Virus record (IMG/VR): IMGVR_UViG_3300029590_000018
From: a virus
DNA: 43,042 nt
Strand: one strand, 5' to 3'
The translations under genes and the position numbers were made by a program. Below are positions 10,125-18,131 of this stretch, one piece after another. The notes under the pieces are model-generated. The model searched no databases. It worked only from the letters and a program-made list of their open reading frames with translations, and was not told the origin of the DNA. The first letter of the stretch is position 1. Each line of letters starts with the position of its first letter.

Positions 10125-10546
10125 TTACGGTATTTCTGTGTATACTTGCGGATTTTCTCATCGGCAAGCGCCTGTTCGCGCTTTACTGCCTCGTCAAACT
10201 GTTCGATAATGGCGGTCATAAAGTTCTGCCAAACCGGCGCACCGTTGGCCGCGGAATAGGCGTTGACGCTGCCAAAAAGCGTATCGGCAATGTCCTGCCC
10301 GAACAGGTCATTGATGATGCTGCGCATTTCCTTGTCAAGAGAATCAACCATGTCGAAAAGCTCATCATTGGGGATATCCTTTTCAAGCGTCTTTGCGCGG
10401 GTCTCCTGCTTCTTGCGCAGATCATCAAACGTTTTGTATGCTTTCTTTGCGAAGTTGACATCCGCAGGGTTAAAGTACACCGTTACAACGCCGTTTACGC
10501 CGCGAATGGTATATTCCTTTACACCGGAATCAAAAGTGAGTTCCAT
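10121..10546 (-). CDS. Tail assembly chaperone (gpG-like)
   Basis: Acidic 141-aa protein directly after the major tail protein. ATG at 10546 preceded by GGAGGA. The TTG at 10558 used in the ORF track is less likely. Confidence 0.6.
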   Translation of the reverse strand: MELTFDSGVKEYTIRGVNGVVTVYFNPADVNFAKKAYKTFDDLRKKQETRAKTLEKDIPNDELFDMVDSLDKEMRSIINDLFGQDIADTLFGSVNAYSAANGAPVWQNFMTAIIEQFDEAVKREQALADEKIRKYTQKYRK

Positions 10547-10591
10547 ATATTCCTCCAAAATGAGGGCTGACAGACGCCATCCCTCTATTTG

Positions 10592-11116
10592 TTATTCGCC
10601 CTCGGTAAAAGTGACCGTATTGCCAGAGACAGCGGCGGTGCCGACCGTGCGCGTGCCGCCAAGCGTCACGTCGATAGGCATACCGACAAAGCCGCCGCCC
10701 TCGCCGCCGAGGGAAGAAGGCTTAACCATGCAGGACGAATAACGCTCCGCAAATACCGCAGTCTTTGCCGTGCCTGCATAAGCATGGACAATCAGCACGT
10801 CCTGATTCGCCAGCGCCGCCGCGTTCTGCTCCTTGACCGCAAGGTTCCAAACCTTGACGATGGCAGGGTCGCCAGCGTCCAGATTAGACGGGTCAAAGGT
10901 CTGCGTGATAATGGGTTTCTTCATGGTCGTGCGCGTCGTTCCAAGAATATCTTTCGAGGAATCCTCCTGCCAATCATATTCCATGCTGGAATCCGTGACG
11001 CGCGTACCGAGGGGAGACCACGTAGGGGTTCCAGTTTCGCCCGTGTTGAGATACGCAATCAGAAGTTCGCGGTCTACGGTCTGCCCCGCCGTGGTGTTAA
11101 AGGTCATATCAGCCAT
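10592..11116 (-). CDS. Major tail protein
   Basis: 174 aa. Synteny: follows the head-tail joining genes and precedes the chaperone. T/G-rich beta-type composition. RBS GAGGTGA. Confidence 0.75.
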   Translation of the reverse strand: MADMTFNTTAGQTVDRELLIAYLNTGETGTPTWSPLGTRVTDSSMEYDWQEDSSKDILGTTRTTMKKPIITQTFDPSNLDAGDPAIVKVWNLAVKEQNAAALANQDVLIVHAYAGTAKTAVFAERYSSCMVKPSSLGGEGGGFVGMPIDVTLGGTRTVGTAAVSGNTVTFTEGE

Positions 11117-11507
11117 TTTTAATCACCTCGTAGTTCATTTTCATAAGGATTTGATGATCCTCGTCACCGTTTTCATACACGGCAAAAAGAGAGGATCGCG
11201 TTGTAGGCTCAATACGGATGACGCGGCGACCGTCGCCAATGTCAGGCGGCGTTTCGCTTGTTGCCCAATCGCCCAAGGCGTTAAGCAGCTCGTCAGCTTT
11301 GAGCCGTTTGTCGTTGCTATTCCCCGGTTTCATGCGGTAAATAACCTTGAATTGGTATTCCGCCTGATATCCGCCGAGGATGTATTTCCTGACGATATAC
11401 GCCGCCTGAATCGTGGACAGCGCCATCGCCGGAGTATCGGCGGGAAGAAATTCGAACCGGATTAAATCAACCGGCTTGTCAGGGAACGTGTTTAACCACG
11501 CAAGCAA
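11109..11507 (-). CDS. Head-tail joining / tail terminator-like protein
   Basis: 132-aa ORF upstream of the major tail protein. The start is uncertain: a TTG without a clear RBS, and the frame is open further upstream without a canonical start. Confidence 0.5.
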   Translation of the reverse strand: MLAWLNTFPDKPVDLIRFEFLPADTPAMALSTIQAAYIVRKYILGGYQAEYQFKVIYRMKPGNSNDKRLKADELLNALGDWATSETPPDIGDGRRVIRIEPTTRSSLFAVYENGDEDHQILMKMNYEVIKNG

Positions 11508-11568
11508 CTTTCGGGAGACTTGATCCTCTTCCGCTGCCGATACCGTTTTTTTAACCTGCTCCGTCTTT

Positions 11569-11988
11569 TTAACCTGTTCCGTACTTCTTCACCGCCTTTT
11601 CTGCTACACGCAACCACTTATCGAGGTTCTGCGCTTTTGATGCTTCACACCAATGGGCTTGTGCCTGTGGATGCGCCGTGTGGTTGAACACTAAATTGCG
11701 GTCAGTCACGACCTTTGTACCGCCTTTTGGCGCGTATGTGCTGCCGGTATTCTGGTCAACCATGACTTTCCCGTAATACAAGAATCTCGCGTAAGGGCCG
11801 GGGTAGATGATGTCGTTGCCAACTACCCTTGTGCGCTGCGTTAACGAGCCTGTGAGCATCGGCACAAAAGGCTGAGTATCTTTCTCCATCTGCTCGGCTA
11901 AAACGTGTTCAGCGCGCGCACAAGCCTTTGCAACGGCAGTTCTTACAGCGTCCATTCCATCGGTATGCACGGAAAACTTGATGCCCAT
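11569..11988 (-). CDS. HK97 gp10-like head-tail joining protein
   Basis: 139 aa. RBS GGAGGTG. Motifs such as PFVPMLTGSL and PYARFLYYG are typical of the gp10/minor capsid family. Confidence 0.6.
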   Translation of the reverse strand: MGIKFSVHTDGMDAVRTAVAKACARAEHVLAEQMEKDTQPFVPMLTGSLTQRTRVVGNDIIYPGPYARFLYYGKVMVDQNTGSTYAPKGGTKVVTDRNLVFNHTAHPQAQAHWCEASKAQNLDKWLRVAEKAVKKYGTG

Positions 11989-12437
11989 TACGCACCTCCA
12001 ACTTCCCAGTGTTGCATATCGGGGCTACCGTAGTCCATCGCATCAACCTTGGTCACGTTGTAGCAATCGTCATGGCTCAGTACGACGGTCATGTTGTCCG
12101 AAACGAATTCGCCCTTTACAAAGCACGTCATGCCGCCGTTGCCATTGTATGAGAGCGTCCACAGTCCAGACTTATCCGCCGCTTTGAAAAACGATTGCGG
12201 CCCGATGTAAGTTTTCGGCTTCCCTGTTACCCAGTCCACCGCTTTCACGGAAAACGGGATATACAGATTTACAGCGTCGGCACTTTCAAGGCCGCTTTCG
12301 CGCACGTTGACCGCCTTGCTGGCCTGCAGCATAACCCCGCGCAGGATTGTGGTATAAACTTTCTCGACCTCGTCAAGCGTTGTCGGGTCGATCTCCTGCA
12401 CGACGTTGTAAATTGTTACAGTGTGGGGAGCGTACAT
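11988..12437 (-). CDS. Head closure / head-tail adaptor protein
   Basis: 149-aa ORF in the connector block. RBS GGAGGTG. Call is synteny-based. Confidence 0.5.
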   Translation of the reverse strand: MYAPHTVTIYNVVQEIDPTTLDEVEKVYTTILRGVMLQASKAVNVRESGLESADAVNLYIPFSVKAVDWVTGKPKTYIGPQSFFKAADKSGLWTLSYNGNGGMTCFVKGEFVSDNMTVVLSHDDCYNVTKVDAMDYGSPDMQHWEVGGA

Positions 12438-12853
12438 CTATACACACCTCCGCGATACAGCAGCCCGGTATGGGCAAGGTATTCCATGCACGTTTCCGCA
12501 AGCAGTTTCCTTACCCCGTCCGTCGTATTGAGTGCAGACAGGGCGGATTCCCCGCCCGTTGCAAGTGTTCTGGAATAGCTGCCTACTGTTTCGCTTTTGA
12601 CTTCCGCGTCATTTTCCGCAGCGTTTGCAAGGTTTTTCACGGCAAGCGTCTGCGCCGCTTCGATGACCGCATACTTGTCAACCAGCGCACAGCAGCACAT
12701 CTTTACCGCGTCCAGATCGGCGTGGCCTTTAGCTTTGTTGCGCGTGTAGTAATCGAGGAAAGAGCTGGCGCGGACAACAAGACGCGGGAAGTCATTTTCG
12801 CTCACAGCGCCCATATAAGTGCCGAAGTAGTATTCAAAGTCTGCGTAAGTCAT
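12416..12853 (-). CDS. gp6-like head-tail connector (DNA packaging) protein
   Basis: 145 aa immediately after the major capsid gene. RBS AAAGGAG. The N-terminal YADFEYY...F.R...ASSFLD pattern is typical of gp6-like connectors. Confidence 0.6.
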   Translation of the reverse strand: MTYADFEYYFGTYMGAVSENDFPRLVVRASSFLDYYTRNKAKGHADLDAVKMCCCALVDKYAVIEAAQTLAVKNLANAAENDAEVKSETVGSYSRTLATGGESALSALNTTDGVRKLLAETCMEYLAHTGLLYRGGVYRCTLPTL

Positions 12854-12873
12854 ACGGGTCAGCTCCTTTCAAA

Positions 12874-14088
12874 TCAGCCAGAAACGGTAACAGTGGCAGT
12901 GCCGGTCTTGGTCCCGTCCTGCTTGGACTTCGCGGTAACGGTGATGCTGCTCTTGGTTTCGGTAGCGGAAACGGTCAGAACGCCCTCATCGCTGATATTG
13001 CTCTTCGTACCGTCCTGAGACCATTCGACCTCACCGTTGATAATGCCCTCGCCGTCAACCTGGGCCGTAAACAGCTTGCTCTCACCCTTCTTTACGGTAG
13101 CAGTAGCAGGGGTCACGGCGACGGTGGAAATATCGCCGCCCTTGCCATAAACGGCGAAGGGGAAGGGATTGGCCTTGTCCACGTTGTAGGCGTTGACGGG
13201 GTTGGCAATCTCCCAGCCCAGACGCATGACGGCGCGGAGAGCAACCATGTCGTTCTGCATGAGGTTGTAGGTGATGGCCTTGGTGCTGGGGTCCTGAATG
13301 ACGCCCTCGGTGAAGATCTTGAAGGTCATGTCCTGGCGAATGGCGTACACCAGCTGGCTCCAATCACCAACGATCATCTGAGCCTGAGCGGGGTCAAACG
13401 CGCCGTTCATGGGGAAATACATATCCATGCCGTCGAGGCCGTAGCGGGTGGCACCCTGCATATCGGACTTGAAGATGGGCTGACCGGTGGTGTCCTTCAG
13501 GCCGCGCAGCTTACCGCGCATCTGGATAGCGGACATCACGCCGTTGGGGTTGAAGCCGTCCAGCTCAACCTTGGAGATCAGGCCATTCTCGCCCATGATG
13601 TCGTCAAACACGCTGGTGCCGACGGGAACGCCGTTACCGGCAGCGATAGCAGCGGGAACAACGCCAGTGCGCCATGTGGTGGGCTTGTTGGTGCCGAACA
13701 GGATAGCCGCATCGATGACCTTGCCGAAAGCCTCGGTCAGACGGGGCTTGACCTCGCCCCAAATGTCATAGTCCGCATCATCGAGAGCAGCCTCGGGGAT
13801 GGGGACGATAACCGCAATTTCCTCGGCGTACAGCTTCTTCTTGTCCCACGCCATCTTGGTGGTCTGCTTGAATGCCTCGCCTGCGCCACTGTCAGTGGCT
13901 TCGCCATTGACAAAGTACGCAGAGGGCAGGGCATCCAGCACGTTGATGGTCTGCGTCTTGCTGGACATATTCGCCAGACGGCGGCCCATGCGCAGGACAG
14001 CGGATTCGGCGATAGCGCCCTGCATGATTTCGCGGGTTACGGGTTCCGGGATAAGTCCGGAAAGTGCGGAACGATCAATAGTTGCCAT
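12874..14088 (-). CDS. Major capsid protein with C-terminal Ig-like (Big_2-type) domain
   Basis: 404 aa after the scaffold gene. C-terminus VAVTPATATVKKGESKLFTAQV...LTVSATETKSSITVTAKS matches the bacterial Ig-like group 2 pattern. Confidence 0.85.
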   Translation of the reverse strand: MATIDRSALSGLIPEPVTREIMQGAIAESAVLRMGRRLANMSSKTQTINVLDALPSAYFVNGEATDSGAGEAFKQTTKMAWDKKKLYAEEIAVIVPIPEAALDDADYDIWGEVKPRLTEAFGKVIDAAILFGTNKPTTWRTGVVPAAIAAGNGVPVGTSVFDDIMGENGLISKVELDGFNPNGVMSAIQMRGKLRGLKDTTGQPIFKSDMQGATRYGLDGMDMYFPMNGAFDPAQAQMIVGDWSQLVYAIRQDMTFKIFTEGVIQDPSTKAITYNLMQNDMVALRAVMRLGWEIANPVNAYNVDKANPFPFAVYGKGGDISTVAVTPATATVKKGESKLFTAQVDGEGIINGEVEWSQDGTKSNISDEGVLTVSATETKSSITVTAKSKQDGTKTGTATVTVSG

Positions 14089-14106
14089 GTTGTAATCTCC
14101 TTTTCG

Positions 14107-14604
14107 TTACTTGAGTGCGCCGCGGATCAGATTGTTCATCGCGGCATTGGTATCTATTTTCTTTTCGCCGCCGCCAACAGCGGCAGACCAGTCGATTTTT
14201 ACGCCGTCTTGGAACGCGGACGGATCAGCGCTGACTTGCGCCTTGTGCCATTCGTCAAACCCATCAAGCGCACCGTCCTTGATTTCAAGGTGCTTTGCTT
14301 TCAGGTCTGCCAAATATGCTTTTTCAGCAGCTTTAGAGCTGAATTTTACGCCCTTTTCAGCAAGCGTCTTACGGATCACATCTGCGTAGTCATAATCGGC
14401 AATCTTGGACTTGTAGCCCTCGATTTCCTTTTTGAGCGCTTCCGTTTCCGCGCTGCCGTTCGCTGCAAACTGCTTGTTCTTCTCCACTTCCGCGTCCAGT
14501 TTGCTCTGGACAGTCGAAAGCGCCTTTGTGATTCGCCTGTCAAACTCCGCCTTGTAGGTCGGGTCAGCCAGTATTTCATCAAAAGTCATAATTTCGTCTG
14601 CCAT
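14107..14604 (-). CDS. Capsid scaffolding protein (DUF4355-like)
   Basis: Charged coiled-coil protein upstream of the capsid gene. ATG at 14604 with RBS AAAAGGAGAG. The ORF-track start at 14631 is less likely. Confidence 0.75.
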   Translation of the reverse strand: MADEIMTFDEILADPTYKAEFDRRITKALSTVQSKLDAEVEKNKQFAANGSAETEALKKEIEGYKSKIADYDYADVIRKTLAEKGVKFSSKAAEKAYLADLKAKHLEIKDGALDGFDEWHKAQVSADPSAFQDGVKIDWSAAVGGGEKKIDTNAAMNNLIRGALK

Positions 14605-14656
14605 TTTTACTCTCCTTTTATTTATTTCCACAGCGTCATTCCCCGCTGCGTATTAC

Positions 14657-14702
14657 AAAAAAAGAGCCGAACAATGCGCAAAATCTGCGTACTGTTCGGC
14701 TC
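14657..14702 (-). terminator. Rho-independent terminator
   Basis: Minus strand: GAGCCGAACA(N19)TGTTCGGCTC, a 10-bp stem, followed by TTTTTTT. Lies between the small ORF and the scaffold gene. Confidence 0.75.
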
Positions 14703-14722
14703 CTATTGCCCTTTCCCGCGCC

Positions 14723-14860
14723 CTATTGCGCGGAAGTGCTGTATTTGATTGTTTTCTTGACCTCTAAGACGATGTACCCGTCACCTTTGCGCCGGATTTC
14801 TACATCGTTTCCACGTTTGAGAATGGCTTGCACGGCCTTGATTGCTTCGTCAAAGTTCAA
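14723..14860 (-). CDS. Small hypothetical protein (about 45 aa), candidate immunity partner of the MuF toxin domain
   Basis: The C-terminal part of the 97-aa ORF looks protein-like (NFDEAIKAVQAILKRGNDVEIRRKGDGYIVLEVKK). TTG at 14860 follows AAAGGCGGA. The upstream part of the ORF covers a terminator-like hairpin and looks non-coding. Confidence 0.35.
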   Translation of the reverse strand: MNFDEAIKAVQAILKRGNDVEIRRKGDGYIVLEVKKTIKYSTSAQ

Positions 14861-14884
14861 GTCATATCCGCCTTTCAAAACACA

Positions 14885-14918
14885 AGAAGGAGAACCACAT
14901 CGCTGCGGCTCTCCTTCT
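14885..14918 (-). terminator. Hairpin / weak intrinsic terminator after the MuF gene
   Basis: AGAAGGAGA(N16)TCTCCTTCT, a 9-bp stem, followed on the minus strand by TGTGTTTTG. Confidence 0.45.
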
Positions 14919-15051
14919 TCGTTGGCGCTTTGGCAGGCGTGGCGTTCCCCTGCATCTCTCGGGTTTCCCCTATCAATACCATCGGCGTGTGGCTGCCACG
15001 AAATTGACCACCTCAAAGCACCTTGCTTATCCTATAACAAGTATAGCCGCT

Positions 15052-16695
15052 TTATTCAGATTTGTAAAGTATTTTTTTCGTCCGTAGATACCGCTTGTAT
15101 CGCTTTTCTTCCACTCGCAAAAATGTAATCACAGAGTTTTTATACTCTGGATTGTCTGCATTTGTCGCAAGCCGCAAAATGAGCTGGAAGCGTTCCCCTG
15201 CGTCTTCAAACGCTTTAAGAACAAACGCGGTGTTCGGTTTGTTTGCTTCTAAAATATAATCGGGAGCCTCTACAATTTGCGATAAATAGTTTTTGTACCG
15301 TTCAAAATCCCGCGGATGTCGTTTTTTTATGTGCTGTATGCGTTCATCCGTTATGACTACTTCATCCGTGCGGATGTCTTCTGTTACTACTCTGTACTTT
15401 TCAGTATCAATTTGCCCAATGTGATGCACTGCTCCGCCGCCACTCGCCTTATTTGCGTTTATTATAGTAGATTTCGTTGAAGCAGACAAGCCATTTACTT
15501 TTTGTTGCGGCAAATTATCTACATACAGCACCTTCATTCTCTCCCGCTGCTCCGGCAGCCCTGCAGCCGCACTGAACGCATTGTATTTGGCGTTTAACCG
15601 CCGTAGCCGTATGTTTACCGCAGTCTCATCTTCATGCAATCCTGCGGACTTGTAGGCGGCTTTTTCGCGCTTTAACTTTCTAGCCGTCCGCTCAATACGG
15701 CGCTGCATCTGGGTTGCCTCGTATGCCGTGTAATCCTTGCCATCAAACGTGCATCCATGGCCGTCATCGATGTGTTCCAACTGTTCATCCGTGTAGGTGC
15801 GCTCGGACACGCCCTCAACCCACGGGAACCGCCTGTGGCGGCAGTTGGCCCCTTCCAGACCGTCAACTGCGCCCAGGCCGCAAACGTCATAAATGCTCGG
15901 GTAAATGTCCCCAGCTCGTACGCTGTAAACGCGACCTTGCCAATCCTTATGCGATGACCACGGTGACGGTCCCGGCTTATCTCGTGCGCCAACATGGGCC
16001 GAAACTTCAAAATATGGTGTATCCAGATATTCTGCGGATTGCTCCGTATACTTGGCGCAGATTTGAGATACGCCGGTCATTACGGCTCTTCGAACGGCAA
16101 CATCGACATGATCTCGATGGCCGCTTTCGTAGTCAACCACTTTTAAACCGCTGTCCGCAAGTTCCTTCACAGCCGTTTTAATCGCCTGATTGTAGTTGAT
16201 TGCACCGCTTTGCACCTGCAACGCTGCGCTGTCAAGTGCCCATTGGTACGCTTTGGCAGGTGGGAGCATTGTACGCCCACCGTCCACCAGGAAGCCCATG
16301 GATGCAGTCAGATTGTGGGATGTATCAAGTGTCTGCGTCCTGATCGCCGCCACTTCCGCAGCGTCAACCAGTGTCTCAGGCTGGTTGATATGCGCAAGGT
16401 CAATCATATCAGTGTAATACTGTTGGTTCCTTGCGACCACATCGCCCAGCAGCTTGTCCAGCTTAGTTTTACTGATGCCGGAAGTCTCGCGGATTGCTTT
16501 CTTGATTTCCTTTAGGTTGATGCCGTGGGACCGCAATGCGCGAATATCCTGCACCGTTACCTCGTTCAGCTCGTCTGCAGCTTTGAGCCGGGAACAGATT
16601 TCTTCCAGCAGCGTGATTTCAAGCGCCCGGAACAGCTCTGCCAGCTCTTCCGGCAGCGCATCCAAAACAGGAGGGGAGAATGGGTATTTCGGCAC
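15052..16695 (-). CDS. Head morphogenesis protein (SPP1 gp7 / Mu F family) fused to a C-terminal PBECR-type nuclease toxin domain
   Basis: 547 aa after the portal gene. GTG start with RBS GAGGTGA. MuF core present (DHVDVAVRRA..., CRHRRFPW). After a Gly linker, the C-terminal ~125 aa (ITDERIQHIKKRHP...PDYILE...KNSVITFLRV) resemble Barnase-EndoU-ColicinE5/D-RelE-like phage nuclease domains. Confidence 0.8.
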   Translation of the reverse strand: MPKYPFSPPVLDALPEELAELFRALEITLLEEICSRLKAADELNEVTVQDIRALRSHGINLKEIKKAIRETSGISKTKLDKLLGDVVARNQQYYTDMIDLAHINQPETLVDAAEVAAIRTQTLDTSHNLTASMGFLVDGGRTMLPPAKAYQWALDSAALQVQSGAINYNQAIKTAVKELADSGLKVVDYESGHRDHVDVAVRRAVMTGVSQICAKYTEQSAEYLDTPYFEVSAHVGARDKPGPSPWSSHKDWQGRVYSVRAGDIYPSIYDVCGLGAVDGLEGANCRHRRFPWVEGVSERTYTDEQLEHIDDGHGCTFDGKDYTAYEATQMQRRIERTARKLKREKAAYKSAGLHEDETAVNIRLRRLNAKYNAFSAAAGLPEQRERMKVLYVDNLPQQKVNGLSASTKSTIINANKASGGGAVHHIGQIDTEKYRVVTEDIRTDEVVITDERIQHIKKRHPRDFERYKNYLSQIVEAPDYILEANKPNTAFVLKAFEDAGERFQLILRLATNADNPEYKNSVITFLRVEEKRYKRYLRTKKILYKSE

Positions 16696-16706
16696 TGCCA
16701 GTCACC

Positions 16707-18131
16707 TCATTCCACTTCGTTCTGCTGCTCCGTGGTCATATCCTGCATCTTCGGCAACGCCGCCTTTGCGGTCTCCTCGTCCTCGTTCATCCACTTCATG
16801 CGAAACTCCCAATCGTTCATGATGCCCGCCTGCAAGAGCTGCATATCACGGGAAAAATCGGTCTGCTTGTCCTCAATGATGCTGTCATCAAAATCGATAG
16901 AAATCTCCACGTCCTCATTTAGCCCAGCGTTCATGGCTGTGTTGCCGAGCCGAAGCAGGATGCGGCACAGCTCCACCAGCGCTTGCTCGAGGATAATTTC
17001 ATGCTTCTTGATCGTGCGGAACATGGTGGAGTTCTCGCTAATGACCTGCGTTGCTGTCGCGACGCTGCCACCGTCGAAACGGTAATAGGTCTCGCCGAAA
17101 CCGCACTTACTGGACAGTACGTTAAGTTGGTCTTGCAGTCCTACATTCAGCTGCTCGGTTCTTAGCGTCGGGGAAATTGTCTCTACGACGTTTCCTTGCT
17201 GCGTATCCTCTGGAAGCATATAGAAACGCCGGTCGTTGTCGTCAAGCGTCGGTTCGTCGTCTTCCCACCTTGTGGCGGGCATTTTGACCATCATCATCAT
17301 AGGCCCGTTCTCAAACTCGTTCACATAGCAGTCATAGGCACAGTCAACGCCGCGCAGAACGTCGATTGCATTTGCATACACAGGGATACCAACCGGAAGC
17401 AGGTGGTCAAGATTGTTTGCGATGTTCGGTCTGTCGATGACGAACTGCCTCTTGTCGCTTCCCGTATGTACCACAGGTGGGATTCGCTCAAAGCCCGGAA
17501 CATCGGTGAGTAGCGCGTCGGCAAGCGTCTCGTTTTCGTATCTGTAAATACTATTCTCGATGACGTAAAGACCGTTTTCGTCTTTCCGGTGAATCTGCAA
17601 ATACAGATAATTCTTTCCGGCTCGTGTGACTACGCTGTCAAACGCGCATTCTGTGATAAATCCATTCTGCCAAGCCAGCGGAAAGATGTGCTCAATCGTC
17701 ACATAGTCCAGCTCGATGCCAGAAACATCACCCGGCACGATCTCGCCGCTTTCATTAACGGCCTGCCCCACCACACGCGGAATGTACGCCACGGTTCCGA
17801 GCGCTGATTTCATTTCCTGCATTTCGTTTGCCTTGACCGTGAAGTTGTTCGCCGTCAGAACCCTGTCAATAAACTCCTGCTCCTTCTGGCCTTCAAGCGT
17901 GATCTGAACCTTCTCATTCATCAAGAGGTTTGCCCAGTCCTCACAAACCTTTTTCGCCATACCGAGGCTTGCACGGTTGCACTTTGTCCACTTATGCCCG
18001 TTATATCGCCGGTATTGATGGAAGCCCTTGACTTTGCCGACGTACCACGACTTCCAAAGGGACACGTATGTATAGAATTCCTCTGGGATCGTCGTATACC
18101 CGAATTCCTTTAATTTATCGATAACCGTCAT
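16707..18131 (-). CDS. Portal protein (SPP1 Gp6-like)
   Basis: 474 aa between terL and MuF. The size and acidic C-terminus are typical of portal proteins. Confidence 0.85.
   Translation of the reverse strand: MTVIDKLKEFGYTTIPEEFYTYVSLWKSWYVGKVKGFHQYRRYNGHKWTKCNRASLGMAKKVCEDWANLLMNEKVQITLEGQKEQEFIDRVLTANNFTVKANEMQEMKSALGTVAYIPRVVGQAVNESGEIVPGDVSGIELDYVTIEHIFPLAWQNGFITECAFDSVVTRAGKNYLYLQIHRKDENGLYVIENSIYRYENETLADALLTDVPGFERIPPVVHTGSDKRQFVIDRPNIANNLDHLLPVGIPVYANAIDVLRGVDCAYDCYVNEFENGPMMMMVKMPATRWEDDEPTLDDNDRRFYMLPEDTQQGNVVETISPTLRTEQLNVGLQDQLNVLSSKCGFGETYYRFDGGSVATATQVISENSTMFRTIKKHEIILEQALVELCRILLRLGNTAMNAGLNEDVEISIDFDDSIIEDKQTDFSRDMQLLQAGIMNDWEFRMKWMNEDEETAKAALPKMQDMTTEQQNEVE

Noticed and set aside
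9555-10558. Programmed -1 frameshift between the two tail chaperone genes (gpG/gpGT type)
   Set aside because: The second ORF has its own ATGATG start overlapping the first gene's stop, and it looks like a separate Gp15-family protein. I found no slippery heptamer near the 3' end of the first ORF.
11546-11578. Direct repeat TTTTTAACCTG (two copies) containing an A7 run on the minus strand, as a possible frameshift or read-through site between 11569..11988 and 11109..11507
   Set aside because: The A-run lies after the TAA stop of the upstream gene, and no frame change links the two ORFs productively. It is most likely just intergenic sequence. The true start of 11109..11507 remains uncertain.
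14861-15016. N-terminal half of the 97-aa ORF 14723..15016
   Set aside because: It starts at a TTG without an RBS. It translates to low-plausibility sequence (MRWSISWQPHADGIDRGNPRDAGERHACQ...) and contains a 9-bp-stem terminator-like hairpin. Only the C-terminal ~45 aa look like protein.
14919-15051. The ~130-nt leader followed by a terminator hairpin, as a possible riboswitch
   Set aside because: I compared it from memory with c-di-GMP, fluoride, ZTP, preQ1 and other aptamer consensus sequences and found no convincing match. It is kept only as a note inside the small-ORF finding.
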